A DNA stretch of 64,000 bases, from assembly GCF_009914755.1 (NCBI RefSeq), contig NC_060926.1. One strand, 5' to 3'. The position numbers and the translations under genes were made by a program. Below, piece by piece: positions 1 to 16,461 of the stretch. The notes below the pieces were generated by a model. That model was given only the letters and a program-made list of their open reading frames with translations. It was not told the DNA's origin and did not search any database. Origin of the DNA: the human T2T-CHM13v2.0 reference genome, Homo sapiens. How positions within the stretch are numbered: the first letter of the stretch is position 1; each line of letters opens with the position of its first letter.

Positions 1-1985
<1,985 letters not shown>

Positions 1986-3049
1986 ATATGCATGAATTAA
2001 ATATCAATGCTATCAAAACAGTTGCAAAATAAATGAGAGACAAAAATAAAAAAATTAAAAAATTAAAAATTAATGGGTTATAAGACAATATTCACAAGCC
2101 TTATGGCAACCTCAAACCAAAATGCAAACAATGGATACACACAACATTAACAGCAAGAAACCAAATTATATCACGTGAAAAAATTACCTTCACTAGAAGA
2201 AGACAGGAAGGAAAGAAAGAAGAAAGAGAAGACCACAAAACAACCAGAAAATAAACAAAATGGCAGGATAAAGTCCTTACTAATCAACAATAACATTAAA
2301 TGTAAATAGACTAAACTCTCCAATCAAAAGATGTAGACTGGCTAAATGGATGGAAAAAAACAAGACCTATTGATCTGTTGCCTACAAGAAACACATTTTA
2401 CCTATAAAGACAAAGACTGAAAATAAAGGGATGGAAAAAGATATTCCATGCTAGTGGAAACCAGTAAGGACCAGGAGTCACTAAACTTACATAAGACGAA
2501 ATAGATTTCAAAACAAAACTATAACAAGAGACAAAGAAGGTCCCTATATAATGATAAAGGAGTCAATTCAGCAAGAGGATATAACGATTTTAAATACCTA
2601 TGTACCTAACATTGGAGCTCCCATATATATAAAGCAAATATTACTATAGCTAAAGGGAGATATAGACCTCAACACAATAATAGCTGCAGAATTCAACACC
2701 CCACATTCAGCATTAGACAAATCTTCCAGAAAGAAAATCAACAAAGAAACACACACTTAATCTGCACTATAGACCAATGGCTCTAACAGATATTTCCAGA
2801 ACATTTCATCTAAGAGCTACAGAACACAAAATCTTTTCATCAGCACATGGATCATTCTCAAGAATAGGCCTTCAGAATGTTAGGTCACAAAACAAGTCTT
2901 TAAACATTTTTTAAAATTGAAATAATATCAAGCATCTTCTCTGACCACAATGGAATAAAACCAGAAATTCATAACAAGATGAATTTTGTAAACTATACAA
3001 ACACATGAAATTAAACATCATGCTCCTGAATGACCTGTGGGTTCATTAA

Positions 3050-3908
3050 AAAATTTACAAGAAAAAAACAAACAACCCCATCAAAAAGTGGGCAAACGAT
3101 ATGAACAGACACTTCTCAAAAGAAGACATTTATGCAGCCAACAGACACATGAAAAAAATTCTCATCAGCACTGGCCATCAGAGAAATGCACATCAAAACC
3201 ACACCAGTTAGAATGGCGATCATTAAAAAGTCAGGAAACAGGTGCTGGAGAGGATGTGGAGAAATAGGAACACTTTTACACTGTTGGTGGGACTGTAAAC
3301 TAGTTCAACCATTGTGGAAGACAGTGTGGCGATTCCTCAGGGATCTAGAACTAGAAATACCATTTGACCCAGCAATCCCATTACTGGGTATATACCCAAA
3401 GGATTATAAATCATGCTGCTATAAAGACACATGCACACATATGTTTATTGTGGCACTACTCACAATAGCAAAGACTTGGAACCAACCCAAATGTCCAAAA
3501 ATGATAGACTAGATTAAGAAAATGTGGCACATATACACCATGGAATACTATGCAGCCATAAAAATGATGAGTTCATGTCCTTTGTAGGGACATGGATGAA
3601 GCTGGAAACCATCATTCTCAGCAAACTATCTCAAGGACAAAAAACCAAACACCGCATGTTCTCACTCATAGGTGGGAATTGAACAATGAGAACACTTGGA
3701 CACAGGAAGGGGAATATCACACACCGGGGCTTGTTGTGGGGTGGGGGGAGGGGGGAGGGATAGCATTAGGAGATACACCTAATGTAAATGACGAGTTAAT
3801 GGGTGCAGCACACCAACATGGCACATGTACACATATGTAAAAAACCTGCACGTTGTGTACATGTACCCTAGAACTTGAAGTATAATAAAAAAAAATTTAA
3901 AAAAAAAG
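3050..3908 (+). mobile_element. 5'-truncated L1PA (about PA5) nested in the older L1
   Basis: Abrupt switch to young L1 sequence (aatttacaagaaaaaaacaaacaacccc), ORF2 C-terminal peptide (3186-3512), 3' UTR and A-tail. The host L1 resumes at about 4145. Confidence 0.95.
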
Positions 3909-3910
3909 AA

Positions 3911-4144
3911 GAGATCAAGACCATCCTGGCTAACACAGTGAAACTCCATCTCTACTAAAAATACGAAAACAAAAAATTAGCCAGGCGTGGTGGTGGGCAC
4001 CTGTAGTTCTAGCTACTCAGGAGGCTGAAGCAAGAGAATGACGTGAACTTGGGAGGCAGAGCTTGCAGCGAGCCAAGATTGCACCACTGCACTCCAGCCT
4101 GGGCGACAGAGCAAGACTCCATATCAAAAAAAAAAAAAAAAAAA
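3911..4144 (+). mobile_element. 5'-truncated AluY-type element directly after the L1PA tail
   Basis: Begins at gagatcaagaccatcctggctaacac, about 70 nt into the Alu consensus. Y-type positions (gctaacac, gtgaac, gagcttgcag). Poly(A) at 4126-4144. Confidence 0.93.
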
Positions 4145-5490
4145 TTAAGAAGAAAATTTTTTAAATTCTTGAAACAAAGGATAATGGAAACCCAATATAC
4201 AAAAACCTATAGGATACTGCAAAAGTAGTACTAAGAAAGAAGTTTATAGCTATAAGTGCCTTTATCAAAGGGGAGATAAAATTTTAAATAAACACTACAA
4301 CAATGCATCTTTATGAACTAGAAAGGCAGGAGCAAGCCAAGCCCGAAGTTATTAGAAGAAAAGAAATAATAAAGATCAGAGCAGAAATAAATGCAAATGA
4401 AATAAAAAATACAAAAGGTCAATGAAACAAAAAGTTGGTATTTTGGGAAAAGTTAAACAAAACTGACAAACCTTTGCCCAGGCTAGAAAAAGAGAGAAAA
4501 TCCAAATAAATAAAATTGGAAATGAAAAATGAGACATTATAACTGGTACCTCAGAAATTCAAAGGGTTATTAGTGGTTACTATGAGCAACTAACTATATG
4601 CCAATAAATCAGAAAATCCAGAAGAAATGGACAAATTCTTAGATACATACAAACTACCAAAACTGAAACAGGAAAAAAATCCAAAACCCAAAGAGACCAA
4701 AAACAAGTAATAAGATTGAAGCCATAATAAAAATCTCCCAATAAAGAAGTGTCAGATCTGGTGGCTTCACTGCTGAATTCTACCAAACATATTAAAAAAA
4801 AAAAAAAAAAAAAACTAAATATGAACCTAGTCAAACTATTCTGAAAAATAGAGAAGGGAATGCTTCCAAACTCATTCTACAAGGCCAGTGTTACCTTGAT
4901 ATCAAAACCAAAGGCACATCAAAAAAAAGAAAACTACAGACCAATATCTCCTGAATATTGATGCAAAAATCTTCAACAAAATATTAGCAAACCAAATTCA
5001 AGAATACATCAGAAAGATCATTCATCATGACGAAGTGGGATTTATCCTTGGGGTGCAAGGATGGTCAACATATGCAAACCAATCAATGTGATACATTATA
5101 TCAACAAAATGAAAGATAAAATCCATATGATCATTTTAATTCATGCTGAAAATGCATTTGATATCATTCAACATCCCTTCACAATAAAAACCTTCGAAAA
5201 ACCGGATAATGGAAAAACATACCTCAGCATAATAAAAGCCACAGGTAGTATCATACTGAATAGGTAAAAACTGAAAGGCTCTCCTCTAAGATCTGGAAGA
5301 CAACAAAGATGCCCACTGTCACCACAGTTATTAAACAGAGTACTGGAAGTCATAGCTAGAGCAATCAGACAAGAGAAAGATATACACCAATTTGGAAAGG
5401 AAGGAGTCAAACTGGACTCCAAATAGGAAAGGAAGGAGTCAAATTATCCTTGTTTGAAGATGATATGGTGTTATATTTAGAAAAAACTAA

Positions 5491-5909
<419 letters not shown>

Positions 5910-7270
5910 AAAAATCAGTAGCATTTCTATATGCCAACAGTGAACAATATGTAAAAGAAACAAGAAAAGCAATCCCATTTGCAGTAGCCACACATAAAAT
6001 CAAATACCTAGGAATTAACCAAAGAGGTGAATTAGCTCTATAATTAAAACTATAAAATACTGATAAAAGAAATTGAAGAGAATACAAAAAAATGGGAAAA
6101 AAGTTCCATGTTCACAGACTGGAAGAATCAATAGTGTTAAAATGTCCATACTACCCAAAGCAACCTACAGATGATACAATCCCTATCAAAGTGCCAATAA
6201 CATGCTTTACAGAAATAGAAAAAATAATCCTAAAATTTATATGGAACCACGGAAGACCCACAATAGCCAAAGCTATCCTAAGCAAAAAGAACAAAACTGG
6301 AGGAATACATTATCTGACTTCAAATTACACTACAGCACTATAGTAACCAAAACAGCATGGTACTGGCATAAAAACAGACACAGAGACCAATGGAACAGAA
6401 TGGAGCCCAGAAACTAAAGCACACATGTACAGTGAACTCATTTTCAACGAAGGTGCCAAGAACACACTCAGGAAAAGAGAGTCTCTTCAATAGATGGTGC
6501 TGGGAAAACCGGATACCCATATACAGAAGAGTGAAACTAAACCCCTATCTCTTGCCATATACAAAAATCCAACCAAAATGGATTAAAGACTTAAATCTAA
6601 GACCTCACACTAAACCACTACTACAAGAAAATCTGGAGAAAATCTCTAGGACATTGGTCTGGGCAAAAGTTTCTTGAGCAATATCCCACAATCACAGGCA
6701 TCCAAAGCAAAATTGGACAAATGGGATCACATCAAGTTAAAGAGCTTCTGCACAGCAAAGGATACACTCAACAAAGTGAAGGGACAGCCCACAAAGTGGG
6801 AGAAAATATTTGCAAACTACCCATCTGACAAAGGATTAATAACCAGAATATATAAAGAGCTCAAATAACTCTACAGGAGAAAATCTAGTAATCCAATCAA
6901 AAAATGGGCAAAGGATTTGAATAGACACTTCTGGAAAGAAGACATACAAATGGCAAACAGGCATATGAAGAGCAGTTCAACATCATTGATCATCAGAGAA
7001 ATGCAAATCAAAACTACAATTAGCTATCTTCCTACCCCAGTTATAATGGTTTATATCCAAAAGACAGGCAATAACAAATGTTGGCAAGGATATGGAGAAA
7101 AGGGAACTCTCATCCACTGTTGGTGGGAATGTAAATTAGTATAACCACTATGGAGAACAGTTTAGAGATTCCTCACAAAACTAAAAATTTAGCTACTATA
7201 TGATCCAGCAACGACGCTGCTGGATATATATCCAAAAGAAAGGAAATAAGTATATTAAGGGGAAATCTGG

Positions 7271-7549
7271 GGCTGGGCATGGTGGCTCCCACCTGTAATC
7301 CCAGCACTTCGGAAGGCTGAGGTGGGCAGATCACGAGGTCAGGAGTTGGAGACCAGCATGGCCAACATAGTGAAACCCCGTCTGTACTAAAAATACAAAA
7401 ATTAGTTGGGTGTGGTGGCAGGCGCCTGTAATTTCCTACTCGGAAGGCTGAGGCAGGAGAATTGCTTGAACTCGGGTGGCAGTGGTTGCAGTAAGCCAAG
7501 ATCGCACCACTGCACTCCAGCCTGGGTGACAGAGCAAGAAAAACAAAAA
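7271..7549 (+). mobile_element. AluS (Sg-like)
   Basis: ggctgggcatggtggctc...gatcacgaggtcaggagtt...gacagagcaag with a short tail. Degenerate TSD (aaggggaaatctg / aagagatatctg). Confidence 0.93.
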
Positions 7550-8224
7550 GAGATATCTGCACTCCTATGTTTGTTGCAGCACTGTTTACAGTAGCTAAGA
7601 TTTGGAAGCAACCTAAGTGTCCATCAATAGATGAATGGATAAAGAAAATGTGGTACACATACACAATCGAGTACTCTTCAGCTATAAGAAAGAATAAGAG
7701 CCTGTCATTTGCAATAACATGGGTAGAAACAGAGATTACTATGTTAAGTGAAATAAGCCAGGCACAGAAAGACAAACATCACACATTCTTACTTATTTGT
7801 GGGATCTAAACATCAAAACAGTTTAACTCATGGACACAGAGAATAGAAGGATGGTTACCAGAGGCTAGGAATAGCAGTGAGAGGGTGGGGGAGAGGTGGT
7901 AATTGTTAATGGGTACAAAAACAAACAGAAAAAATAAATAAAACTCACTAGTTGATAGCACAATAGGGTGATAATAGTAAATAACTTAATTGTATATTTT
8001 TAAATAACTTAAAGAGTATAATTGGACTGTTTGTAACTCAGAGGATGAATGCTTGAAAGGAGGGATACCCCATTCCGCATGATGTGATAATTTCATAATG
8101 CATGCCCATATCAAAACATCTCATCTACCCCATAAATATATACACTTACTATGTATCCACAAAACATAAAGATTTTAAAAATAACTTTTAAAAATCACTT
8201 ATGAAAAAACAAACAACTTTTTGG

Positions 8225-8471
8225 AAAGTTAGATGGATCCTCAGAATAGATGAGTGATACGAGAGTTTTGTGACAATGTCTGATTGGGTGTGGTACTGAC
8301 TTCTCATCTGTAAGAAGCAAAGATTACAGTTGCTCCCAGGGAGAGGATTTATGACAATTGAGTTATTTTGAGAGACTCTGCTTTTAGGCAGATAAAGACC
8401 TTCAGAAACTCAAGTGCCTTTAGCTTAAAATAATTTTTATGCCATAATGGCTTGTTCTAGACCCCTTTACA
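8225..8471 (-). mobile_element. ERV1 MER4-group LTR fragment (MER31/MER34-like)
   Basis: The motif tgcctttagcttaaaataatttttatgcca...agacccctttaca is typical of the reverse complement of MER34/MER39-group LTR 5' ends. Confidence 0.6.
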
Positions 8472-8716
8472 GCAGTACCATTGTTACTCTTCACACCATT
8501 CTCTCATTAAAGCTTTTACAGCTTTGAATCATCAACAGTCTCAAAATCAAAAAATACTTCAATGGGCATTCTGATCCCTGCACTCCTAGTCTTTAAATTT
8601 TCAAAAAGGCTTTATAATAATGCTAATTGAAAACAAAAATGAAGCAATGAACCATAAAAAGCATTAAAAATATCTCAGCTTACAAAATGATATATTTAAA
8701 GTTCTCTTAAATATGT

Positions 8717-9815
8717 TGATGGGGTTCAGGACACACTACTCCAAAACACGGCACTTTGGCATTTGAGAAAACAGTGGGAGCAGGAAGATCACTCTCACCT
8801 TCCCCTCATACTTTGTCCCTTGAAACAGGCCATAAAATCTAACTGACAGTCCCCTGAAGAAGGTTATAAGACCTTCATGTGAAGGATGCCCACCCTAAAC
8901 CTAGAAGAAACAAACATTCTTAACTCTGAAGACACAGGGACACAGAGAACAATCTGAACAAACAGGCCTTGCCAAAGTTCCCTGTAGTTCATTCTCTTTA
9001 GATCATATCCCATATATCCAGTGTCAGGCTTCAGAACATAATACTTCAAGTATAGTGCCTTGGCATGCTGAGTATGCTGAGCTGAAGAAAACCAAAAGGG
9101 CCTCAGAAGAAACATCTGACTTTCTCCTGCCCTCCTTTCTCCTGCTCCTCTTTCTCCCTGAAGAAATGCCGTAAAAACTAGAATTCCTCTTCCCCAAAGC
9201 AAGCCATAAAACCTAGAAATGTTACCTTAACTTTCCCTCACCTTTTTGTCTAACAGTTGGCCATAAAGAAATGTTCTGACATACCTTACCTGATAGATCA
9301 TAACACCTCATTCCTGAAGGGGTCCTGCCTAACCCAGGAAGAAGGAATGTTCCAGAGAGAAACCAAGAAGAATCTGAACAGACAGGTCTTGCTAGCTTCC
9401 CACCTCTCAGTCTATTACCATTTGTCCAATCACATTTCTACATGATTGTTCATTCTTCATCAAATCTAAACGTAAATTTAGGGCCTGTTTCTTCGGCTCT
9501 AAATTTCTGGAGGCTAATTTGTCATTTAAATTTTTGATTAAATAAATTTGCATGTTTTCTCCTATTAATCTATCTTCTTCTCAGGTTTATTGCAGACCTA
9601 GACAGGAACCCTGGGAAAACTGAGGAAACTTTTTTTCATAACTTTCTACTTCATCAAACTTAGCATAAAAATGCACAGGTTTCTGTTTCTTTGGGTCTTC
9701 ATTTCCTTATGAAGGCTCACATGCTATGTACAACTTATATTAATTTGTTAATTTGTCTTTTGTTGTAGGGTCTCAATCATGGGCCTAGTGATGGGTGGGA
9801 TTTCTTCTCCCCCAG
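8717..9815 (+). mobile_element. MER39/MER34-like ERV1 solo LTR with a second related LTR nested at about 9022-9640
   Basis: LTR start tgatggggttcaggacacactactccaaaa...ttggcatttgagaaaacag. A second start occurs at 9022 (tgtcaggcttcagaacata...ccttggcatgctgagta). The gaatctgaaca[ag]acagg motif occurs twice, and the outer LTR resumes at about 9641. Confidence 0.75.
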
Positions 9816-10831
9816 AGTGTAAACAATGAATATAAATTTTCCCCAAGTTCAAAAACTAAATATCTTCACAAGAATTATTACATATAAACTTAACAACAAG
9901 TACAGAATTACAGAGTCGTATTGTAATGTTGCTTTGTGGTACTAGCTTACTTCAGCTACTAGGTAATTTACTTGTTCTGGCTCTCTTGCTTTGCAGCACC
10001 TTAAATTCAAATCTGTGCCTCAGCCACATTGCAAATGATCACCTCAGAGAGACAGATGTAGAAAGTTGAAACAGAAATACCTTAAAATATGAAAATGTAT
10101 GAATATCTATTAACATATTTTCTAAAGAAATGCATATTTTCAATACATTATATAAATGTAAATATTATTTTTCTTCATGACTCCTTGAACATTCTAAGAT
10201 AATGAAAAATATTAGCACCTTTAAACACCTAGTCTTGTTTATTAACTCTTTGTTCAGGCCCAGAATACTGATTTACACATAGTAGATCCTAAATAAATAT
10301 TCTTTGAATGAATGCAAGAATGCATTTTAGGACTCAAAATAAATTTTGTTTTAAAGACATGTGCCCACTAGAACTTTTCCATTTCATAAATAAGAGGCGA
10401 GACTTTGAAACACTAGCTCTGTAATTTGTGTACAGATAGAATATAGAGAGCTCTAGGCAAATAAATGTTCTCACCATTAATGACTTTCTGAGTCACTTTA
10501 AATCACTACAAGATTACAGAACTGTACCTAATTCCTATTACTGTGTTTCAAAGAAACACGTTTTGTAAGGTTTTTAAAATAATTCTGATAAAATGTTAAG
10601 GTGTTCTCACTAATTCACAGAGGATACCTTTAGTCACAAAACCACTTGTTTAGGGGTTTTGTCTGCTGCACTTGTTAAAATATGGTTAAATATATCACTT
10701 TCAGTTCTATTTAAAATGGTGTAAAAGTGGTAGAAACTAGTTTCAAAGAATGTTGCACAGATTATGAGAGTAAATACAAATCTAAACAATTTAAATTGAA
10801 ATTTTTCCACAGTGCGAAAAAAAAAACTTAC

Positions 10832-10897
10832 CTACTCCTGCCTTTTCTTTGGTATTTCCTTCAGAAAACTTGAAATTGTAAATGCTTTCTCTGTCTC
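10832..10897 (-). other. Candidate 66-nt spliced exon
   Basis: Minus strand reads tttacatactttttcag|GAGACAG...CAGGAGTAG|gtaagt: pyrimidine-rich acceptor and perfect donor, in non-repeat sequence. Confidence 0.4.
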
Positions 10898-11257
10898 CTG
10901 AAAAAGTATGTAAATACTTAAAAAACTAAATGAGTCTATTGGCTTTTTTACATGACAGGAATGTCTTTCCTGGGGGTCTTGGAGCCATTTCTTGCAGTGT
11001 AAACACCAAGGAGGTTGGTGCCCTGTCTCTGGATGTTTAGCCCTGGCACCAGGCTCCAAGTTGTACATTTTTGCTTGTCAAAAAGAGACAGGAAGTTTCA
11101 TTTTTCCTTTGAATAAAAACAATTAACACGTATGTCATGGATTATATCTGTTTTGTTACATAAAAAGGGTAGAATTTCTTTTTGTCTTTGTAGTCCATTT
11201 AGCATACTGCCTATGATGCACATTGCAATCTGGTTTAATGACTATGCAATAATAAAA

Positions 11258-11769
11258 TGTTTATCAAGCAAATGGGCTCGCTGCCTGATGCACATAGGAG
11301 CCAGTACCAAGGCACTGGCTTCTGAGAAAAGAAAGGCTTTATTGCAAGGTCAACCAGCAAGGAGAGGAGGTGGGTCAAATCTGTCTCCCCAGTTTGGGAT
11401 CTGGGGCAAGTTTTAAAGGGGTCAGAGGTCAATGGAAAGGATTCAGGAATGTTAGCGTGGCAGGGTCTGATTGGAGGGCTCTAAATTTGACCATTTTTAG
11501 TAAGGGGTGTTGCGGCGGATTTTAGCTCCAGATCTTCTAGGCCATTGGACTCCTTGCTTCTGAAACGGTTCTGGCATTCAGATTCTGGTCATGTCCTCTT
11601 CTTGGTTCCATGGAGATGAATAAGTTCCGGTGTTATTAGAGGTAAAAGCTTTTTCTATTGTGCATTCAGGGTACATGACTTGTACTCTTGGCTCTGTTAT
11701 GCCTGCAAGGTACTTTGACATTCTGTTATCAACAGAGTAGGCCCAGTTTGGGTTTGTCCAGCAGTTACA
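11258..11769 (-). mobile_element. Solo LTR (LTR47-like; family name uncertain)
   Basis: TG...CA termini. Minus strand starts TGTAACTGCTGGACAAACCCAAACTGGGCCTACTCTGTTGATAAC. Poly(A) signal seen as tttatt near 11340. Confidence 0.7.
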
Positions 11770-12512
11770 AAACTGTTTCATTATTTTCTATATTCACTGA
11801 GTTAAAAGGAGAGTTTTTTAAAAGATTTCTCCAGTGAGATTCAGACACACTATTTTTTAATAATTAATTTTTGCTATAAATTTGGTTTGGAAAAGAAAGA
11901 AAAAGCTAAATTAAAACAAAAAGAGTAAAATAAAACACAGACTGGAACTAAGGCATTAAAAATGTTTCTTGTCTATTACAAATGAAGTAGATCCCATGTA
12001 CTTTCCTGGCAACAACAAAGATTATAGAACTAATGTGCTATAAACCAGATGTTGGGAAGTAGAGGTTGCAAGCTCACAGAATGCAGAGCATTTGGTTTTA
12101 GTTAAATCCATCTGTGTAAGGTTAGTAAAAATAAATTAAATCATTCTCACATCAAAACAACCCATTTATTTCAAAGACAATTATAAAATAATTCAACTAC
12201 ATGCTAATAAAAATATTTAATTGATGAAAGTTGAAAAAAAAAGAAAGGCAATGAAATACTTTCATCAATTAATACATCAAACCCCATTGTAGGAGTGGTC
12301 TTAAAAAATAAATTACAAAGAAAGCTCACAGAAAGTGAACTATTATCTTTATTATCACTAATTATTACTTGATTACATTCTATGTCATCTAGCCTAACAG
12401 GAAAACAAAAGGCACTGAAGATCAAAATGCCAGTTCTACACTTCTTCAATATCAAAATATTATCTGAACTTCAGGCTTATAAGTAAAGAGTTCTGATTAA
12501 AAAAAAAAAAAA

Positions 12513-13398
<886 letters not shown>

Positions 13399-13483
13399 AA
13401 ACCTAAGCTTTGTCAAAAGAAAAGAAGCTTGAAGAGAATGAGAACTATTTAATCCCTTATTTATTTTTCAGAAAGTACTTTGT

Positions 13484-13625
13484 TTATTGTAGATAGTATA
13501 GATATATATGTAGATTATATTGTAGATGTAAATGTATAAATATGTAGACTATATTATAGATGTAAATGTAAAAATAAATTAAAATGTATAAATATATATT
13601 TATATGTAAATATACATAATTTACA
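13484..13625. repeat. AT-rich low-complexity tract with an imperfect 34-bp tandem duplication
   Basis: atatgtagattatattgtagatgtaaatgtataa at 13506 recurs as atatgtagactatattatagatgtaaatgtaaaa at 13540. Confidence 0.8.
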
Positions 13626-14599
13626 CTATAAATGAAACATTCTTCATAATTCTCTATTGGCAACATAGGAACAAAATACTGTGAAGATAGTTTTGGAATA
13701 CTGGTTTATTTAATTTCTTACAACCGAAAATTCTCTATCTTGCCTTTTTATCACCTGTAGATAGTAAACTTTTTCTACTATTTCTATCTAAATGCCTAGC
13801 TATCATAAGAAAATCCTTAAAAGTTCATTGTTTCTAAAACTAATATAATCTTCAAAAAGAAAATCAAAGGATTTTCATTCTGACAAATGAGTAATAATAG
13901 TAGATTGTCACATTACTCTTACAGAAAGTAAAGCAATTTATTGACCTATTTCTAAGGAAGGACAATAAACTCACTATATATTAAATATATTTATTTTTTC
14001 CATTAAAATATATACCACAAATTTAATTTCATGTTTTATAATCATAATAACCAGGAAGATACGTAGATGAGACACAATAGAAAAATGTCTTGCTAGAAAT
14101 TGACCACAGATGCAAATACAGTACGACAGAATGGTGCAAAATATATCACTACCCCTTTTACTAAATTTGCCTGTCATAGAGTCCATACAGATGGTCATCT
14201 AGGTGTTGATTTATTTTCTCCACATTTTATTCTCCCATGATTCTTTGATTCTTTTTCTGCTTCTCAGTTATACTACCAGGATCCCAGTTCCATTTTGAAT
14301 AAGTAATGACAGATCCTAGGGGTCTGGAAATCCAAAGAGAAGGCTGAACAAATTTTTCAGAGATAGAAATCAATAAAATAAATTTACTTTTGCTATTACC
14401 AACAGCCTTCGGAATATACTCTTGATACTCTTTAAGCTATCAAAATATATCTCTTGACTTTGTATTACCACATATTTTCCCTCATGAAAGTTAAAGGTAG
14501 TAGATGAAGGTGAGTTGAAAATAAAATGAAGTCAAAACACATAGTTACTTAGAATAAAAGTTGTTCCCTTTGGCTATATGTCTTTACATGTGTACTTCC

Positions 14600-14950
14600 T
14601 ACTACTTGGGAGGCTCTCATCCAATTATCTCCAGCTTGCTAAAACTTTATATTGTTGAAATTTCACCTCAAAAATCATTCCCTCTAGAAAACCATCCATG
14701 ATTTCCCATTCTAAGCCAGGTTTTCTCAATTTTGAGCTACCATAGTGCTATAAATTTTGCCTTCATAATCCTTAACACACACAATGATATTTTCATGTGT
14801 GCGAATAATTGCTGTCAATAGGTCTCACTAATCACTAAGCTCCTTGGGTGCAGGGACTGTGGCAATTCTTGCTCAACACTGTATTCCCAGAAATTAGTAC
14901 TGTTCCTAAAACAAAGTAATGCTTAATAAATGCCTGTCGAATTAATAAAT
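14600..14950 (+). mobile_element. L2 3' end fragment
   Basis: aagctccttgggtgcagggactgtg...actgtattcccag...gcttaataaatgcctgtcgaattaat matches the L2 terminus. Confidence 0.65.
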
Positions 14951-16461
14951 TATTTAATTAAAGTCCTCAGTCTGGTTTTAAGTGTACACTCTACTGCCTA
15001 CTAGCTATCTGACCTAGAGCATATCTATATACATAATATTTTAAATAAAATAAAAATAAAATTATTTAGCTTACTAGTATATAATAATTTTTACTGAGAC
15101 ACGGTAAAGGTACAGAATTAGAGCATATTTAGCTAGAGGATAATTTTGAGATAGTGCTGCCCTCTTTGCTATAAACAGAGACAAAGCCTGAGTTTATTGA
15201 GCAGATTATGCTAGTAATGAAACAGTTTTACTAAGCTCTTAATGTTCTACTGAGAAAAAAATCAAAAAATTTAGTTTTAAAATCATTGTAACCCATGTAA
15301 TGAAGGATTTCATGTTTTCTATTTTCTAAAGGTTTTTGACATGTAAACTTTTGTTTGTTCGCTTGTTTTTGTGTGAGGCACTGAGCATTAGGTTATTTGA
15401 TGAGGAAAAATTAAGAATGATGAAATAGATGATTTCATATTTTATTTAATAATCATAAATATTTTATTTTATAACAAGAAAATAAAAATCCCAAGAAAGA
15501 GACCTTTTATTATATTCTTACTCTTCCTCCCGGAATGATCCAAGGGGAAAAGAGAAAAAGCTTGCCAAGATGCTGCAGTTTATCTTTTTAGTTCTTTAAT
15601 ACTTAGGCACTAAATCCGCTTTCCTTCATAAATGAAGCAATATTCTAAATTCTGTGTTTTCAAAGATTAATTCATACAAAAGGTAGTCCTCCATTTTATT
15701 GTTTGATAGCTTAATCAAAGTTAGAGGACTTTTATTCCAGAATCTGATCAGAGTTAGACTTCTTTTTGGGCATCTTCAGCCTGAAAAGGTTTCCAATGAG
15801 AGCATCAGAGTTCTACCCAGTCTAGGCACTGATCTTTCACTCTAAATATTGATTCCAGACCTAAGTCAAATGAGAGTGAAACTCTTAACCTGTTGTCCTC
15901 TATCTGCCCAATTTTTAAATTCCTGGGATAGATAATTGATATCAAGGCACAAATGACAATAGTGGATTTATAATTAGAGTATCAATCAAAGTAAAAATAC
16001 AACCAAATCCAGGAGCCAAATGAACACTGCAACATTTACAAATTACATACCAACTCCCTTGTGCAATAACAGACTGTTTCATCGACTGATCACAGATTCG
16101 ATTTAATCGGCAAAAATTAAAAAAAAAAGAGAAAAACGCATCATGGTGTTAGGTTTTTCTGGGTCTTGAAACACTTCTTTTCAATTGTTTGGACCTTCTC
16201 AGCTTAAAATTTGATTAGGTCCTGCCACTGGAAACCCTTAAGTACATTGAAACTATTGACATTTTTGTAATGATGGTTCCTATAATCCCCAGGTCTCCAA
16301 CTCTGAGCAGAACTCCCAACTTCTATTTCTATGTGTCAGGGATTTTCTCCATGCCGTGCATTACTCCTACATTCTTGTACCTCAATTCTGAATTACATGG
16401 GCTCAGTCAAAGGACAGCTTCTACTCTTTTTCTGAGAAAGCTACTTCACAATAATAATAGG

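Noticed and set aside
9970-10100. Strong + strand acceptor (tctcttgctttgcag) near 9996
   Set aside because: No matching donor or partner exons on the + strand, and the reading frames close quickly.
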